From positions 1,922,001-1,986,000 of the forward strand of contig NC_089432.1 in the NCBI RefSeq assembly GCF_026210795.1: a DNA stretch of 64,000 nt. The letters run 5' to 3'. The translations under genes and the position numbers were made by a program. Numbering within the stretch: the stretch's first letter is position 1; each line of letters begins with the position of its first letter. Shown here in pieces: positions 11,936 to 24,800 of the stretch. The notes under the pieces are model-generated. The model had not been told where the DNA came from, ran no database searches, and was given only the letters and a program-made list of their open reading frames with translations. The DNA comes from Rhizophagus irregularis (Eukaryota).

Positions 11936-14091
11936 TATGAAGCGCCATACTGATCAAAAGTCTGGGGTTTAAACCCCAGATCAAATCCCAGATTTATCCG
12001 GGGTGAAAATAGATTAATCCATATTTCATCCCAGATTTTCCTATATTTCACCCCGGATTTGATCCATATTTTATCCCGGATCTGATCCATATTTTATCCC
12101 GGATCTGATCCACATTTTACCCCAGATTAATTCCTTAAATTTCACCAAAAATTACATCACACCCAATTGTCAAACCCCGGATTAATCCATATTTCATCCC
12201 AGATTTAATCCATATTTTACCCCGGATTAATCCATATTTTATCCCGGATCTGATTTATATTTTATCCCGGATTTGATTTTATCTATATTTGATTTTATCC
12301 TGGTGATATAAATCCAACATTACGAAGTCAATTATTGATTTTAGCCAGTTAGAATTCTTGCCGATCAACCAATAAAATTAAATTCTCCTTACGCTGCTCT
12401 TTTTACTTAATCAATTTATTTTATTAAAAACTATTTAATGATAAAATTTTATAAAATTCTAATTATTAGATCATCATATAAAATACAAGAGATACCTATT
12501 ATAGAGGTATTGCACTGAATAAATAATAAAAATAATTTATTTTAATCAGCCTGTTAATAGGTTAATAATAAATTTTTAAAAAAATCTCAAAATATTTTTC
12601 AACATATTTATTTATAAAAAATGTATGAAAATAAGTTTTTTACTTCAAATTACCAGGTAATTATTTTCATTTAGCCAGAATTATCAATTTTTACTGGCAT
12701 TATATTTTTTAATGCTGGTTGATTATCATAATTTCAGTCACCTGGTGATCATCATCTCCAGTAATAGTTAGAAAAATTCTGAAAATAAAATTTAAAAAAA
12801 TTTTTTATAATAAAGTTTCTATTTATATATAGGATGTTTAAACTTTAAATATGAATTATATATATGATTATTATAATACTAAATATTTTTTCAATAATAC
12901 CAACAAATTTTCTCCCCTATGTAATCTAAAAATATTTATTGTTTATATTTATCTAAAGGGCTTGGTTTTTTTTTGCCTTCTAATTATAAAATTGTTAGAT
13001 AAGAGAAATAAAATAAATAATACCAAATGATTGATATAAAAATTTTCCTTTTAAAAAGTCATATAACCTTATGTATAATTTTCCAATTTTATTAGAACCA
13101 AAATTTCAATAAGTGTAATGTCAGTTCCTATAAAAATGAAAAAAAAATAATTTTATTTTTGAAAAATATTTTTTGAAAACTTACCTAAAATTTTGGTCAT
13201 ATGATATAACGTGAGAATGGAACCAGCATTACAAACTTGGCACTTGGCTGAAATTAAGCGTAAAGGGTATGACATCTGGTAATAATTTAAAATCATGTAA
13301 TCTCTATATTTAAGGATAGCCCTGAAATTTGAAATTAATTTAACAAAAATCTGAAATCTGAAATTCTGCCAAAATTAATTCATAATTAAAATTAATGAAC
13401 CCGTAATTCCAGCCAAAATCGAAATTCAATAGTTCCTGCTGGAATTAAGTGCATAATTCCGGCTGAATTTACATATTTAATTTCAATTTTGGCTGGAATT
13501 TCAGATTTCAGAAGTTTGGAATTACGGATTATGGGTTCAGAATTTTGGAAAATCTAATTTCAGGGTCATCTTTATCTCTATTCAAAACATCTCATGTAAA
13601 CTTTAATAGAAATTTTACTTTATTTTAAAGTTATAAGAGAGGTTTCTAAAATGATCTCATAAACAAAAAAATCTGATCACATGACTTAAAACCTGTGATA
13701 TAGTCTAAGGATAAAATATAATCCGGATAAAATATAGATCAGATCTGGGATAAAATTGAATCTGGGATAAATCAAATCCGGGATAAAATATAGAATCAAA
13801 TCCGGGATAAAATATAGATCAAATCCGGGATAAAATATGGATCAAATCTGGGATGAAATATGGATTAATCCGGGGTTTGACAATTGGGTGTGATATAATT
13901 TTTGGTGAATTTTAAGGAATTAATCTGGGGTAAAATGTGGATCAGATCCGGGATAAAATATGGATCAAATCCGGGGTGAAATATAGGAAAATCTGGGATG
14001 AAATATGGATTAATCCATTTTCACCCCGGATAAATCTGGGATTTGATCTGGGGTTTAAACCCCAGACTTTTGAACAGCATGGCGCCTCATA
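11936..14091. mobile_element. Non-autonomous TIR element with ~350-bp repeat-rich TIRs and 6-bp TSD TAGATC
   Basis: Left tatgaagcgccatactgatcaaaagtctggggtttaaacccc vs reverse complement of right end tatgaggcgccatgctgttcaaaagtctggggtttaaacccc. tagatc at 11930-11935 and 14092-14097. ~22-bp subterminal tandem units (gatccatattttatcccgga). Confidence 0.88.
13311..13574. mobile_element. Small nested MITE
   Basis: Imperfect 19-bp TIRs taaggatagccctgaaatt / aatttcagggtcatcttta; similar flanks tctctatatt / tctctatt (degenerate TSD). Confidence 0.6.
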
Positions 14092-15812
14092 TAGATCGGG
14101 CGCAAGAATATCACACTTTTCAATGTTACACAATTCAAATTATTTATATGGGTAATCTAAATATGACTCAATTTTTTTAATTAGATTGATTTTATATTAT
14201 ATTGCTTTACTAAATAGTTTTTTTTATTGCGTTATAATAGATTATATTGTTAGTGTATTTTTATTATATATATATATATATATATATTGTTTTAGTAAGA
14301 ATTTTTTTATTTATTTGACAATTTATAATTAGCTGTATATTGAATTATTGAATAAATACGATCAACACACATTCTCAATTTTTTTAATGGATTTTTATTT
14401 GATTTTTTCTATTGATATTTTTTATAATTATATATTTTTCCAAAAAAAATTCTGAAATTTTCAGAAAACTATACACTCTCTCTTTAGAAATTAGAATAGT
14501 ATGGATTGGTGGCGATGTTTTAAAAATTGTGTAATAATTTATTCGCGATTGTTATTCTCAAATATTAATTTTTTTGTGTTTACCCAATAAAATTGCTCTA
14601 AAATTATGTCACGTGATGAACAGAGAAATTTTACCATTTAAAAATTATTAATAAGAATAAATGCATTGATTTTATCCAAATAGTATTTATTTGTTATAAT
14701 ATGTAAACTGATACAAAATTTGATGCGTGATCAGATGATAAAAGTTTTTGTTCTTAAAAATCAAAACCCATGTATCATAGCTTGAATTTATTTTTCATTA
14801 TAGGAACGAAAGGTTGAGTTATTTTAACAAATTAATATTTTTTGTTATATTATTTTGAATCATATTCATTGTAGTAAATTTTTTTTATAATAATAAATTA
14901 CATTGTTTTTTTATATAACGTGGTAGTATGCATCCCAAAGTTTTTATTTAAAAATGCATGTAACGTATTCTTGATACACGTATTGGATAATGATTTAATG
15001 GTGATTACTTAACCACATAGGCAGATTTCTGCAAATAAATAAACAATTTATTCAATAAAAGTAATATATTATATAATTTCTTGCCAGGTTTTATATTTTA
15101 ACTTCAACTTCAAACCTTCTGATTATTTATATATCCTTTGTAAAGTACTTTTGTAAAGTGCTAATAATTAATCAAGTTCAATTGCAAAGATTACGAATGG
15201 TACAAAAAATACTAAATTAAACAAAGACATTTTTGAAAGTCACCATAATGTTTCATTCTATTTTATCATGATCTCATGGCCCATTTTCAATAAATGCAAA
15301 GCCTCTTCAAAAATGGTAAATGTTAGCTTAAAGTTAAAAAAGAGCAGTACAAGTGCTCTTATGCTCAAATACTGATGGCCAAAAATCAGGCCAATCAGTT
15401 TTATTTTTGAGGTGAGGTAAAGACAAATCTGAATATTGATATTTTTCACATTTATTAAAATTATATCATATTAATAACCATAATATAACTACATGAGGAA
15501 GCATGATCTTGAACATCTGCATAATAGCATGGTTATTGGATAGAGATATTAGAAATAACCAAACTACTATTGATATGTTAATATGCTAAATAGTTTACAT
15601 ACATAGTAATTTATTATTGATGGCTTAACCCAGTAAGCATTACTGATCATTAAATTCATCCTTATCTTATCCTATTGGATAAGATTATTATGATTTGATT
15701 AATTAGTAATTTAATAAATATCTTTTTCTAATCTTGAGTCCTGAATATCATATGGGCATTTAGACAATATTTTGGTTAAAGTGATAATGGAGAAATTATA
15801 CAAGAAATTGAT

Positions 15813-16273
15813 TACACGGTCTTTGTTGAAATTAATCCTGAATCTCCTCTCTTAGATTTCAAGCAAAATCCTCAAGTACAAGAAGGCGGACTCTTTGAAT
15901 TAAAGAATGATTCTGATACCCTTCTTTTATTTGTTATGTAGGATCCTACGGTAGGATGTGGGAGAATTTATAAGGAGTAGTTTAGGTGTTTTGTAAGTAG
16001 TTGTAGTGTGGTCCCAGATTTTTTTTTAGCTTTAGCTTTTTTCCTACCCTTATTTTTATTCCTTTTTGGTCATATTCTTTTTCCCCAGTACATTATTTTT
16101 ATTTGTTTATTTAATTTTGTTTCTTCTTAACTGGTTGGGACGTGTTCCAGTTGAGATCTTCTAGAAATAACTTGATAGGTCTGGCGTTTGCTGGATGGTA
16201 TTATATTATTAGGTCTTTCATTTTTACGATTTATCCTTGTTAAAATGTATCTCTTGATTTACAATAAATAAAT
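15813..16273 (+). mobile_element. 5'-truncated non-LTR retroelement insertion (461 bp)
   Basis: Exact 20-bp direct repeat aaattatacaagaaattgat at 15793-15812 and 16274-16293. The insert ends in an (AATA)n tail and has a T-rich 3'-UTR-like segment after a short coding-like stretch. Confidence 0.75.
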
Positions 16274-16636
16274 AAATTATACAAGAAATTGATCAAATAA
16301 CCTCTTGGTAACCTAAAAATGTTTTAAATTTCTAATTTAATCATATGAGTAAAAAATATTGCTTATTTGAACAATATATTGATCATAGAACTTTTAATCA
16401 AGTATAAGACTAATTTTAACCCAGGTGATTTAACCTACTAGTAAATTTTATATAATTATATGAATTATTCATCCCATCATGTGATAAATTTGATTGGACT
16501 AACTAATATTTATAGTTACACTATCTGTTTATATTATTTTTTTCATTTTTTCCTTCCCCTTTCTTTTTTTTTTTTCTTAGTACATTTTTTTTAGGTCTTT
16601 AGGCTCTTCCAGGTTTTACAGTTTCTAATAGAATAT

Positions 16637-16930
16637 TAGCCCTGTTCATTTCTGTTCTGTTCTGTTCTGTTCCGATTTTAGTGTAATTAATTTTAGCCAA
16701 TTAAAAAAAGGCATAAATTGAGTAGAAAAATCGGGTTCAATCTGTTCCGTTTATTTCTAGCCAACCATATTAAAGCATGTATTGCATTTTCAAATTTCGG
16801 AACACTCGGATCATCAATTTTTTTAATCCGTTGTTCCGGTTGTTGTTCCGATTTTTAAATGAATTTGATTGGCTAAAAACTTTGGTAAAAATCGGAACAG
16901 AACAGAACAGAACAGAAATGAACAGGGCTA
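16637..16930. mobile_element. MITE with TAGCCCTG...CAGGGCTA TIRs
   Basis: ~42-bp perfect TIR tagccctgttcatttctgttctgttctgttctgttccgatttt; no clear TSD. Confidence 0.8.
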
Positions 16931-19742
16931 TTATATCTTAACACATTAAAAAGGTACGTTCTCTTTTTTTGTTGGTTATGTTTTTTAATTTTGTTCCTTA
17001 CTTAACTATATTTTCTTTTCTTTACGCTGTTCTTTAACTCCTTTCTCTTCAACATTATGTGACACATTTTGCTCTTAACTTGTTTTTATTTGGTCATTAA
17101 TTTTTTTTATGGGTTTACTCTTAAACTTAATTATGGGGTTTTTTCTTTTTCTTTATAGTGGGTATCTTTTTTTATTCTTTAGTCTTTAGGTTCTTGTTTT
17201 ATTTTCTAAATTTTATTCTTTACTAACTATCTTTTCTTTACTCTATGCTGCTCTTTGACTTAATATGTTTTACTTTTCAATGTCATGAATTTTACTTTTT
17301 GATTTCATAGGTTTCATCATCATTTCATTCTTTAACTTTTTTCATGAGTTTCATTCTTTATTCTTATAGCTTTGTTCTTCTGTTTGCTTTGTGTTATTGT
17401 CATGTATTTTTCTGTGTATATGTACCATAATTACTAGTCCTGTTAAAAATAAATAAAGTATGAATTTGATAGTTTTTTCTAATTAATAAACTTTTATTTG
17501 CAAAATTTTTTTGTACTATAATAGTTCAAAAACATTTAATCAAAGTGTTGCAAATTTTTCAGTAATGAAAATAAATTAAATTAACCAATAAAAATTGATT
17601 GGTGTAAAATATAAATTGTTAGGGGGGGTGATTTAACCTGGGTTATTTAACCCAGGGGGCAAGTTAGCAAAACTCTTTAATCAAAACCATTTGATAATTG
17701 AATAACCAGAGAAATTGGTGTAATCACTTTATTATTAAGTTTTATTTTTACAATACAAAAAAATTTTATATTGTTTTAAATCTTTTTTCACAAGATAGAA
17801 AAAGAATTTTTTTTAAATCACCCATACATACCCAAGAGTGATAAAGTTTCATCAAATTATCAGCCCTGTATTTCACAGTTATAAAATAAATTTTTTATTT
17901 AAGGAATTTTTCTCTGGTTTAAAACCATTTTCTTTGTTATCTTATCAGAATTATTAATCAGATGACCTCAGAACATTTCCGTCAATGAATAAGCAGTATT
18001 AATAAAAGAGAAATATAATAGAATTTATTAATTACTAGCCTTCTGTTATTAAGATTTTACTTTTTTCAATTTTAGATCTTTATCTGGATGGTATTTCTAT
18101 AAAGGTAAAACCCCTATTGGCCCTATATGTGATGCTTACACCCCAGCCAAATGATCGACATAGTTTTTAAGCTAAGTGGGCGTGCACTACATCCTAGCTT
18201 ATAAACTGCCCATGGGCCAGATTAGCCCACGAGATCTGATTGGTCCAAACAACTTACCAACATTTAATTACAAATAAGGCAATTTTATAACTTTTGACCG
18301 GATATTTACTTATAAACTCATGGTCAAGGATTGCATTAATGTACATTTTGTACCACCTTGTAACTATAAAAAAGGCAAAAATTTTTTCAAGGTTACACAT
18401 TAATTTGGCCAGAATTAAGATAATTTCGCCCAGCAAAATTTGGCCGGAATTATAAAACGGACATAAATGTCCGTTTGCAAATTTGGTCAGCATTATAAAT
18501 GCAAATATTATAAATTGCATCAATTTATCATAATCCAGTGATCATAGAAAAAATAAATTATAACTTGTTAGCTTTGTCTCATCAAGACATGTTAAATCGT
18601 TAAATTGTGGTTTATATCATCAATAGATGGAAAGTTATTGGCATTTGGAAATATTTAAGAATTCAAAAAAATTCTTTTCAAACAATGTAAATATCTTATT
18701 ATTTATTAATCCTAAAGGTATAAAACTCCTACCATTTAATACATCTCAATACAATCCAACAAGCTGTGTATTATTTTTTTACAATTACTTGTTGACAAGT
18801 TAATGCAATTTAACTTTTAGCAATTTGGTATATTTTAACCAAAAAAAAATTTTTTTATTGTAAATTTAAGTTATTTAACATTTAAAAAATGATTTTTTGT
18901 TTTTATTTTTTACTATTAAATACAAATTATTTCAAAAATGCAGAAAATTAAATCTTTTAATTATTATTTAAAAATTATGCTATTAATTAAATCATTAATT
19001 TTTTTGTTTTTTATTTACTTTTTTTATTAGATCTAAAAATTGTCAGAAATTTAAATTCTTCAATTATTAATACATTACATATTTATGGAAGTTAAATAAA
19101 CATACTTATTTAATGTAATTTAGCAATTAACATTGATTAATTTTGATTTTATTAATTTTTTTTTATTTGATGATTTTGATCCAAATTATTTCAAAAATTA
19201 ATAGAAAATTAAATGATTTGGCTCTTTTAATTATTAATACATTACATATTTATGGAAGTTAAATAAATATACTTATTTATTAATCTATTTAATGTAATTT
19301 GGCAATTAACATTGATTTTATTTTAATTTTATTTTATTTTTTTATTTGATCTAAATTATTTAAAATTTGATAGAAAATTAAAGGATTTGATTCTTAATTA
19401 TTAGTACATTATATATTTATGGAAGTTAGATAAACATACCTATTTAATAATGGAATTTAATATTTAAAATTATTTTATTAATATAAAACTTAATTTTTGT
19501 TTTGTTTTTATTTACTATTTTTTTATTTTTTTATTTTTATTTTTTTATTAGATACAAATTATTTTAAATATTGTTAGAAATTGGATCAACAAAATCATTC
19601 ATTAAAAAAAATTTGGATTTGCGAAATGTACTGATAAACATTTACTGCAATTATTTGCAAATCCAAATTTTTTAATAAATGATTTTGTTGATCCAATTTC
19701 TAACAATATTTAAAATAATTTGTATCTAATAAAAAATGAATA

Positions 19743-19877
19743 CCATATTTTGCGGTAAGTAAGCACCCCCGAAAGTAAGCACCCCTGGCCAGAATTATGG
19801 CGATTTTGGCCAAAATTATGAGGATCTTGGCCAGCATCAAGTGCAAAAAAGGGGTGCTTATATACCGCAAAATACGG
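19743..19877. mobile_element. Tc1/mariner-type MITE
   Basis: TIRs cc(a/g)tattttgcggta..taagcacccc / ggggtgctta..taccgcaaaatacgg with TA on both sides. Confidence 0.85.
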
Positions 19878-20844
19878 TAAAAATAAAAAAATAAAAAAAT
19901 ACTGTAAATAAAAACAAAACAAAAATTAAATTTTATATTAATAAAATAATTTAAATATTAAATTCCATTAAATAGATATGTTTATTCAACTTCTATAGAT
20001 ATAATAATATACTAATAATTAAAAGAATCAAATCATTTAATTTTCTAATAATATTTAAAATAATTTGTATCTAATAATAAAAAAAATATTTTAATTAATA
20101 AAATAATTTTAAATACCAAATACCAATATGTTTATGTAACTTTCACATATATTTAATTTACTACTAAATACTAGATAGGTATATTTATATATGTAACTTC
20201 CACATATATTTAATATATTAATAATTGAAAGATCCAATTTTTTGGCAATTTTAAAAATAAAAAAACCAAAAATCAATATTTTTTCAATAAACCAATTTTT
20301 TAAATGCCAAATAACATTAAATAAATAGTATATAATGAATTGGATAATTAAATAATTTATTTATATATTCTTAATGTAATATATATATATTATATTAAAG
20401 TAAACTTCTATAAATAGCATGTGATGTATTATTTTATAACAATTAGAATAATAAATTAAATTATTAATTAATTATATCAATTATAAATTTTTGTAAATTT
20501 TCTTTACAAAATTTTCGTATAATATTTATAAAATACAATGTTCATATAACTTTTACAGTGGCGGTCAAAAGTAATGCATCACCGAAATGAAAAATGTAAA
20601 ATGGTGATCTTTCATAACACAGTGGTTATGACAGTACAAAAATGTTTTATTTTAATTTAATAACGATAAGTTTATTATTTGTAAAAAAAATTTATATACA
20701 TTAATAAAATAAAAGTCAAAAAATTTATTAATATTGGTCAAACATGTGATGCATTTCTTTTGATTGTCATTAAAATTTTTTTTATTTGCACAATAAAGAT
20801 CCCAAAAACAACCCAAATATACAAAAATTTTGATAAACTACATT

Positions 20845-21512
20845 TTACCACCTTGTATAACCTCCATTAGCTCTAATAACATCATTTATACGATCTGGCA
20901 TAGTATCAACCAACTTTTTACACACATCATTCTTTAACTCAACCCATATTTTTTGTATTGCATCCCACATCTGATCCTGTGTTCTAATAGGTGTTTCTAA
21001 ACGTCTTAAACGACGATCCATTTCATTCCAGAGGTGTTCAATTGGATTGAAGTCGGGTGATTGCGCCGGCCAGTCAAGCACTCTAATATCATTATCTTCA
21101 AGCCACTGTTTTGTAAGATGTGCAGTATGCTTCGGATCATTGTCTTGTTGAAAGACAATATTATCTTTATCCATCCCATGCCACTCGATGGTTCCTAATA
21201 AGTCTTCCTCTAAGATCTGACGATACAAATTACTATCCATATGACCATAAATTCGGCATATGTTACCAACGCCACTAGATGTAAAACATCCCCATACCAT
21301 AATACTACCCCATCCAAATTTTACTGTTGGTTTGACATGATGGTCTCTTAATGGCTCTCCCAGTTTTTTCCAGCAATATTCTCTGCCATCTGATCCATAT
21401 ATCATGAACTTTGACTCGTCAGACCAGATAACTTTGCTCCAATCCTCTGTTGTCCATGATCGATATTTTTTTGCAAATTTCATATGAGCAATTCTATGTG
21501 TTTTTTTAAGAT
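20845..21512 (-). pseudogene. Tc1 transposase, catalytic C-terminal part
   Basis: WSDESKF, QQDNDPKH and SPDFNPIEHLW, with exactly 34 residues between the second D and the E. Confidence 0.95.
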
Positions 21513-21834
21513 TTTATTTTATTTATTTTATTTTATTACTAAAAGAGTAGTACTCCCAAAACTATTACAAAATAAGAGTAAAACATCATTTACATGATGG
21601 TACAAATAGGCTAGTATAGAATTTTGGAAATTAATCCCCTACGGGACCCCACCCTTCGAACAATACTATTCAAACTACTAGAACTACGCTAATACTTCGA
21701 ATGGGGAAAAGAAAAAAATAAAACCTAAAGACCCATCCGTAACGAGAGAACCTAAAAATAAAAAAATTATATATATAGAAAATCAATAGTTCTAGAGTAG
21801 TATAGACTATTAAAAGCAACTACGTGCGAAGGGG

Positions 21835-24800
21835 TTATATATTATAATAAAATAAATTGGTGTCAAATTGAATAGAGTCTATTATCGTTAAATATAATGA
21901 ATTAATCCATGGAAGGTTATGTCTGAAATTCGAACTAGTTAAATAGATCCAAAGAACAGAATCATCTAAGTTTCTAGTAGAAGTCATAAAAGGATTGGAA
22001 TATCCAATATTAAGTATATTGTCATTCAATGGATTATTATGAGATATATCAAAATTATTTTGACGTTTACGTTCCCGTCTAGTATTAATTCGTTTGGTGA
22101 AGGTGGATTTTGTAATACCAAGATCCAATTTATATTGTTTCCATTTAGAGGTCTGAACTTTCCATAAAAGTTCATAAATATCTTTGTGCAAGTCGAAAAG
22201 GAATGTTAAAAGTAATTTTTTGATTTCTTTTTTTGAAATTTTTGCGTCTTGGAAAGGTTTAATAATAGAGAAGGGAATCATATTGATTAATATGCAATGA
22301 AGATCTGGAGCGTCAAAGATAGTTGAGATATTTGAATTAAAACAAGTAAAAACTGGAGATTCGGTTATTGTTGGAATTTCATTTTTAAATTTATCATAAT
22401 TGATGTTGTTAATGATAAGCGAGTTATATATTGATTCGTATTTTCTAAAAATATTTTTCAAAATATTTATGGATTCAGAACAAGTCCAGAAATGTTCATT
22501 AGTTTCTGTTGAATTAGAACATAGGAAACAGGTATCAAAACCTTTTAGTATATCTGGGTAATTTCTATTTAAAGCGTCTAAAGTGGGTAAGGCGTAATTA
22601 GAGCATTTCATCCGCCAACTAACATGTTTACTATATGTTTGTGATGTTGCCTTGTGAAATGGGTTAAAAGACATCCAATACTGTGTGTATTCCCAATTGA
22701 TGCGATGTTCTAGAGTAAATGTTTTGATAATATGTAGAGAGCGATGCGATATTTGACGTTCGATATTTCTAAAATTGATTGGTTTTTTTAATGTTTTCCT
22801 TATATTACGATCTATGATAAACTCTTCATTAAATTTTATATAGCCTTTCTGAGGTTTTACTCCTACTGGTGATATAGATATTATGTCCGGTTGTTCACAA
22901 CCTGCTTTAGCTAATGTGTCTGCTATATCATTATAAGTGTTTCCTGAATGTGCTTGTACTTTGTTGAGTTTTATTGTTAAATTAAGTGATTGGATTATCC
23001 ACTTTATCGCTTGCCATAAAAGAACATTATTGAGTTTTTGTAATCTTCGAGGTGTCATTTTATAATGTTGAAGTGAGTAGTACGTGTCTATCGCACATTG
23101 ACTATCAGTAAATATGGTCACGTGACTATTAGGTGGACAGATAATTAAACATGTTAAAATTGCAAAAATTTCCGCTCTAGTAGAGCTGGCCCATTCAACT
23201 GTTTTTCCACTAAATTTTAGATCTAAATTAATATCATTAGTTAAAATCCATCCAAAACCCATGATGGAAGAATCATTATATCTTAACAGAGAACCATCAG
23301 TGTAAAACTCTAAACTATTAAAAGATGAAATTAAATTTGCGAAAGAGAAAAAAAAATTATGAATAGAAAAAGGTAATAAAATTGTTTTAATTAATTGAAA
23401 ATTTTTTTGTGAAATGTTATTAAACAAAGGAGAATGTTGAATAATATTTTCTGTTTGTCTAAAATTGGGGTTAATGCGTTCATTGTAATCTATAAAAACA
23501 TCAGCACGTGTTTCACTGTGTGATTTGTGTACAATAAAAATGTTATTTTGTCTATTATTATTTTTTCTATATATATTAGCGTGTACTGAAATTGTATTAT
23601 TTGAAGGGAAACTAATAATACATCGTGGACGTATATCTCCTATGTAAAAGGAATCATGTAAATCACAACCTGGGCAAGGTATTAGTAAATTAGGCATAGA
23701 ATGAGGGGTTAAACTAGGATCTTGTGGTATAGGGTCGCGAAAAGGAATATGATGTTCACCATAGACTTTGGGAACATCTGAAGGAAAGTGTGATTTTTCT
23801 ATTATTTTGATATATATAATGTCAGAGTAACGGGGAGACCAAAAGCTTGTCCATTGATTTTTGCATGGTAAACTACGGTTGTTACTTTTGATGATTTTAG
23901 GTCTTGTGAAATTTTGTGATGGTGAAGGGTTATTATTATTTGTTGTAAATTGTAGTCTATTTGTATTATTATTGAGTACGATGTTTTCCTTTAAAAAATC
24001 ATACCATTTGGGACGCCGCCCACTTTTTGATCTGAGTGTTTTCTTGATTTCTTTCCATGTCTTTAAAAAAGCGCCATCATTACTAATTATTTGGTCTAAA
24101 AAGAATATATCTTTATGTTTTAAAGAACGTAAAAATTTAAAATATTGTTTTGGATCTGAAATAAAATAACTTATAGGATGTACACCACCAGTAACATGGT
24201 ATTTAATTGAGTGAAAGAACGATAAATTATAATAGTGGAAAATACATAAAAGATTTTCTAATCTATTAAATAATTTCATAGGTTTATGGAAATATTTGGT
24301 TGTTTCACCAATATCATTTGTCCATAATCGATTTTGTGATGTTAGGATAAGAAATTGTATTAAAGGAGAAGTTATAGGATTATTAATTTGAGCGTTTAAT
24401 AAAGACGCTTGAGCGCGCAATTGTGAATCCCAAATATTTAATATATTCGGGTAAATAGGATTATGTATAACAGAATTAAAAAAAGACTTTGGTAAGGATA
24501 ACGAATGCTTGTAGATAGACCTAATAATTCTATTAAACTCATTAATAATATGTGGTGGAACTAAAATATGTTGCGTTAAATACTCTATCCTTGGCAGAAG
24601 AACCTTATTAATGATGTAAATCACGTGATCGTGCGTGATTTTTTTCTTTCGTAAATTATAACAAATATAATGTAACATCTTTTTGATCTTTTTGTAGGTA
24701 AAAGTTGGTGAGTTGTTGATATTAACATATATACCTAAAATTCTTTCATTACTATTTTTCGGGACTATCTCTATATTAATAAGATCATTACCAAAATAAA

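Larger units (their letters stand above)
11362..14505 (-). mobile_element. Non-autonomous Helitron (~1 kb native) carrying a nested TIR element
   Basis: On the minus strand: 5' end A|TCCATACTATTC at 14505; 3' end imperfect hairpin CCCGGTGCGAAGAAACGGG, then CTAG|T ending at 11362. AT target site, no TSD. Confidence 0.7.

Noticed and set aside
18254..18523. ORF mirrored at 47280-47519
   Set aside because: Chance frame within the TIRs of the outer element.
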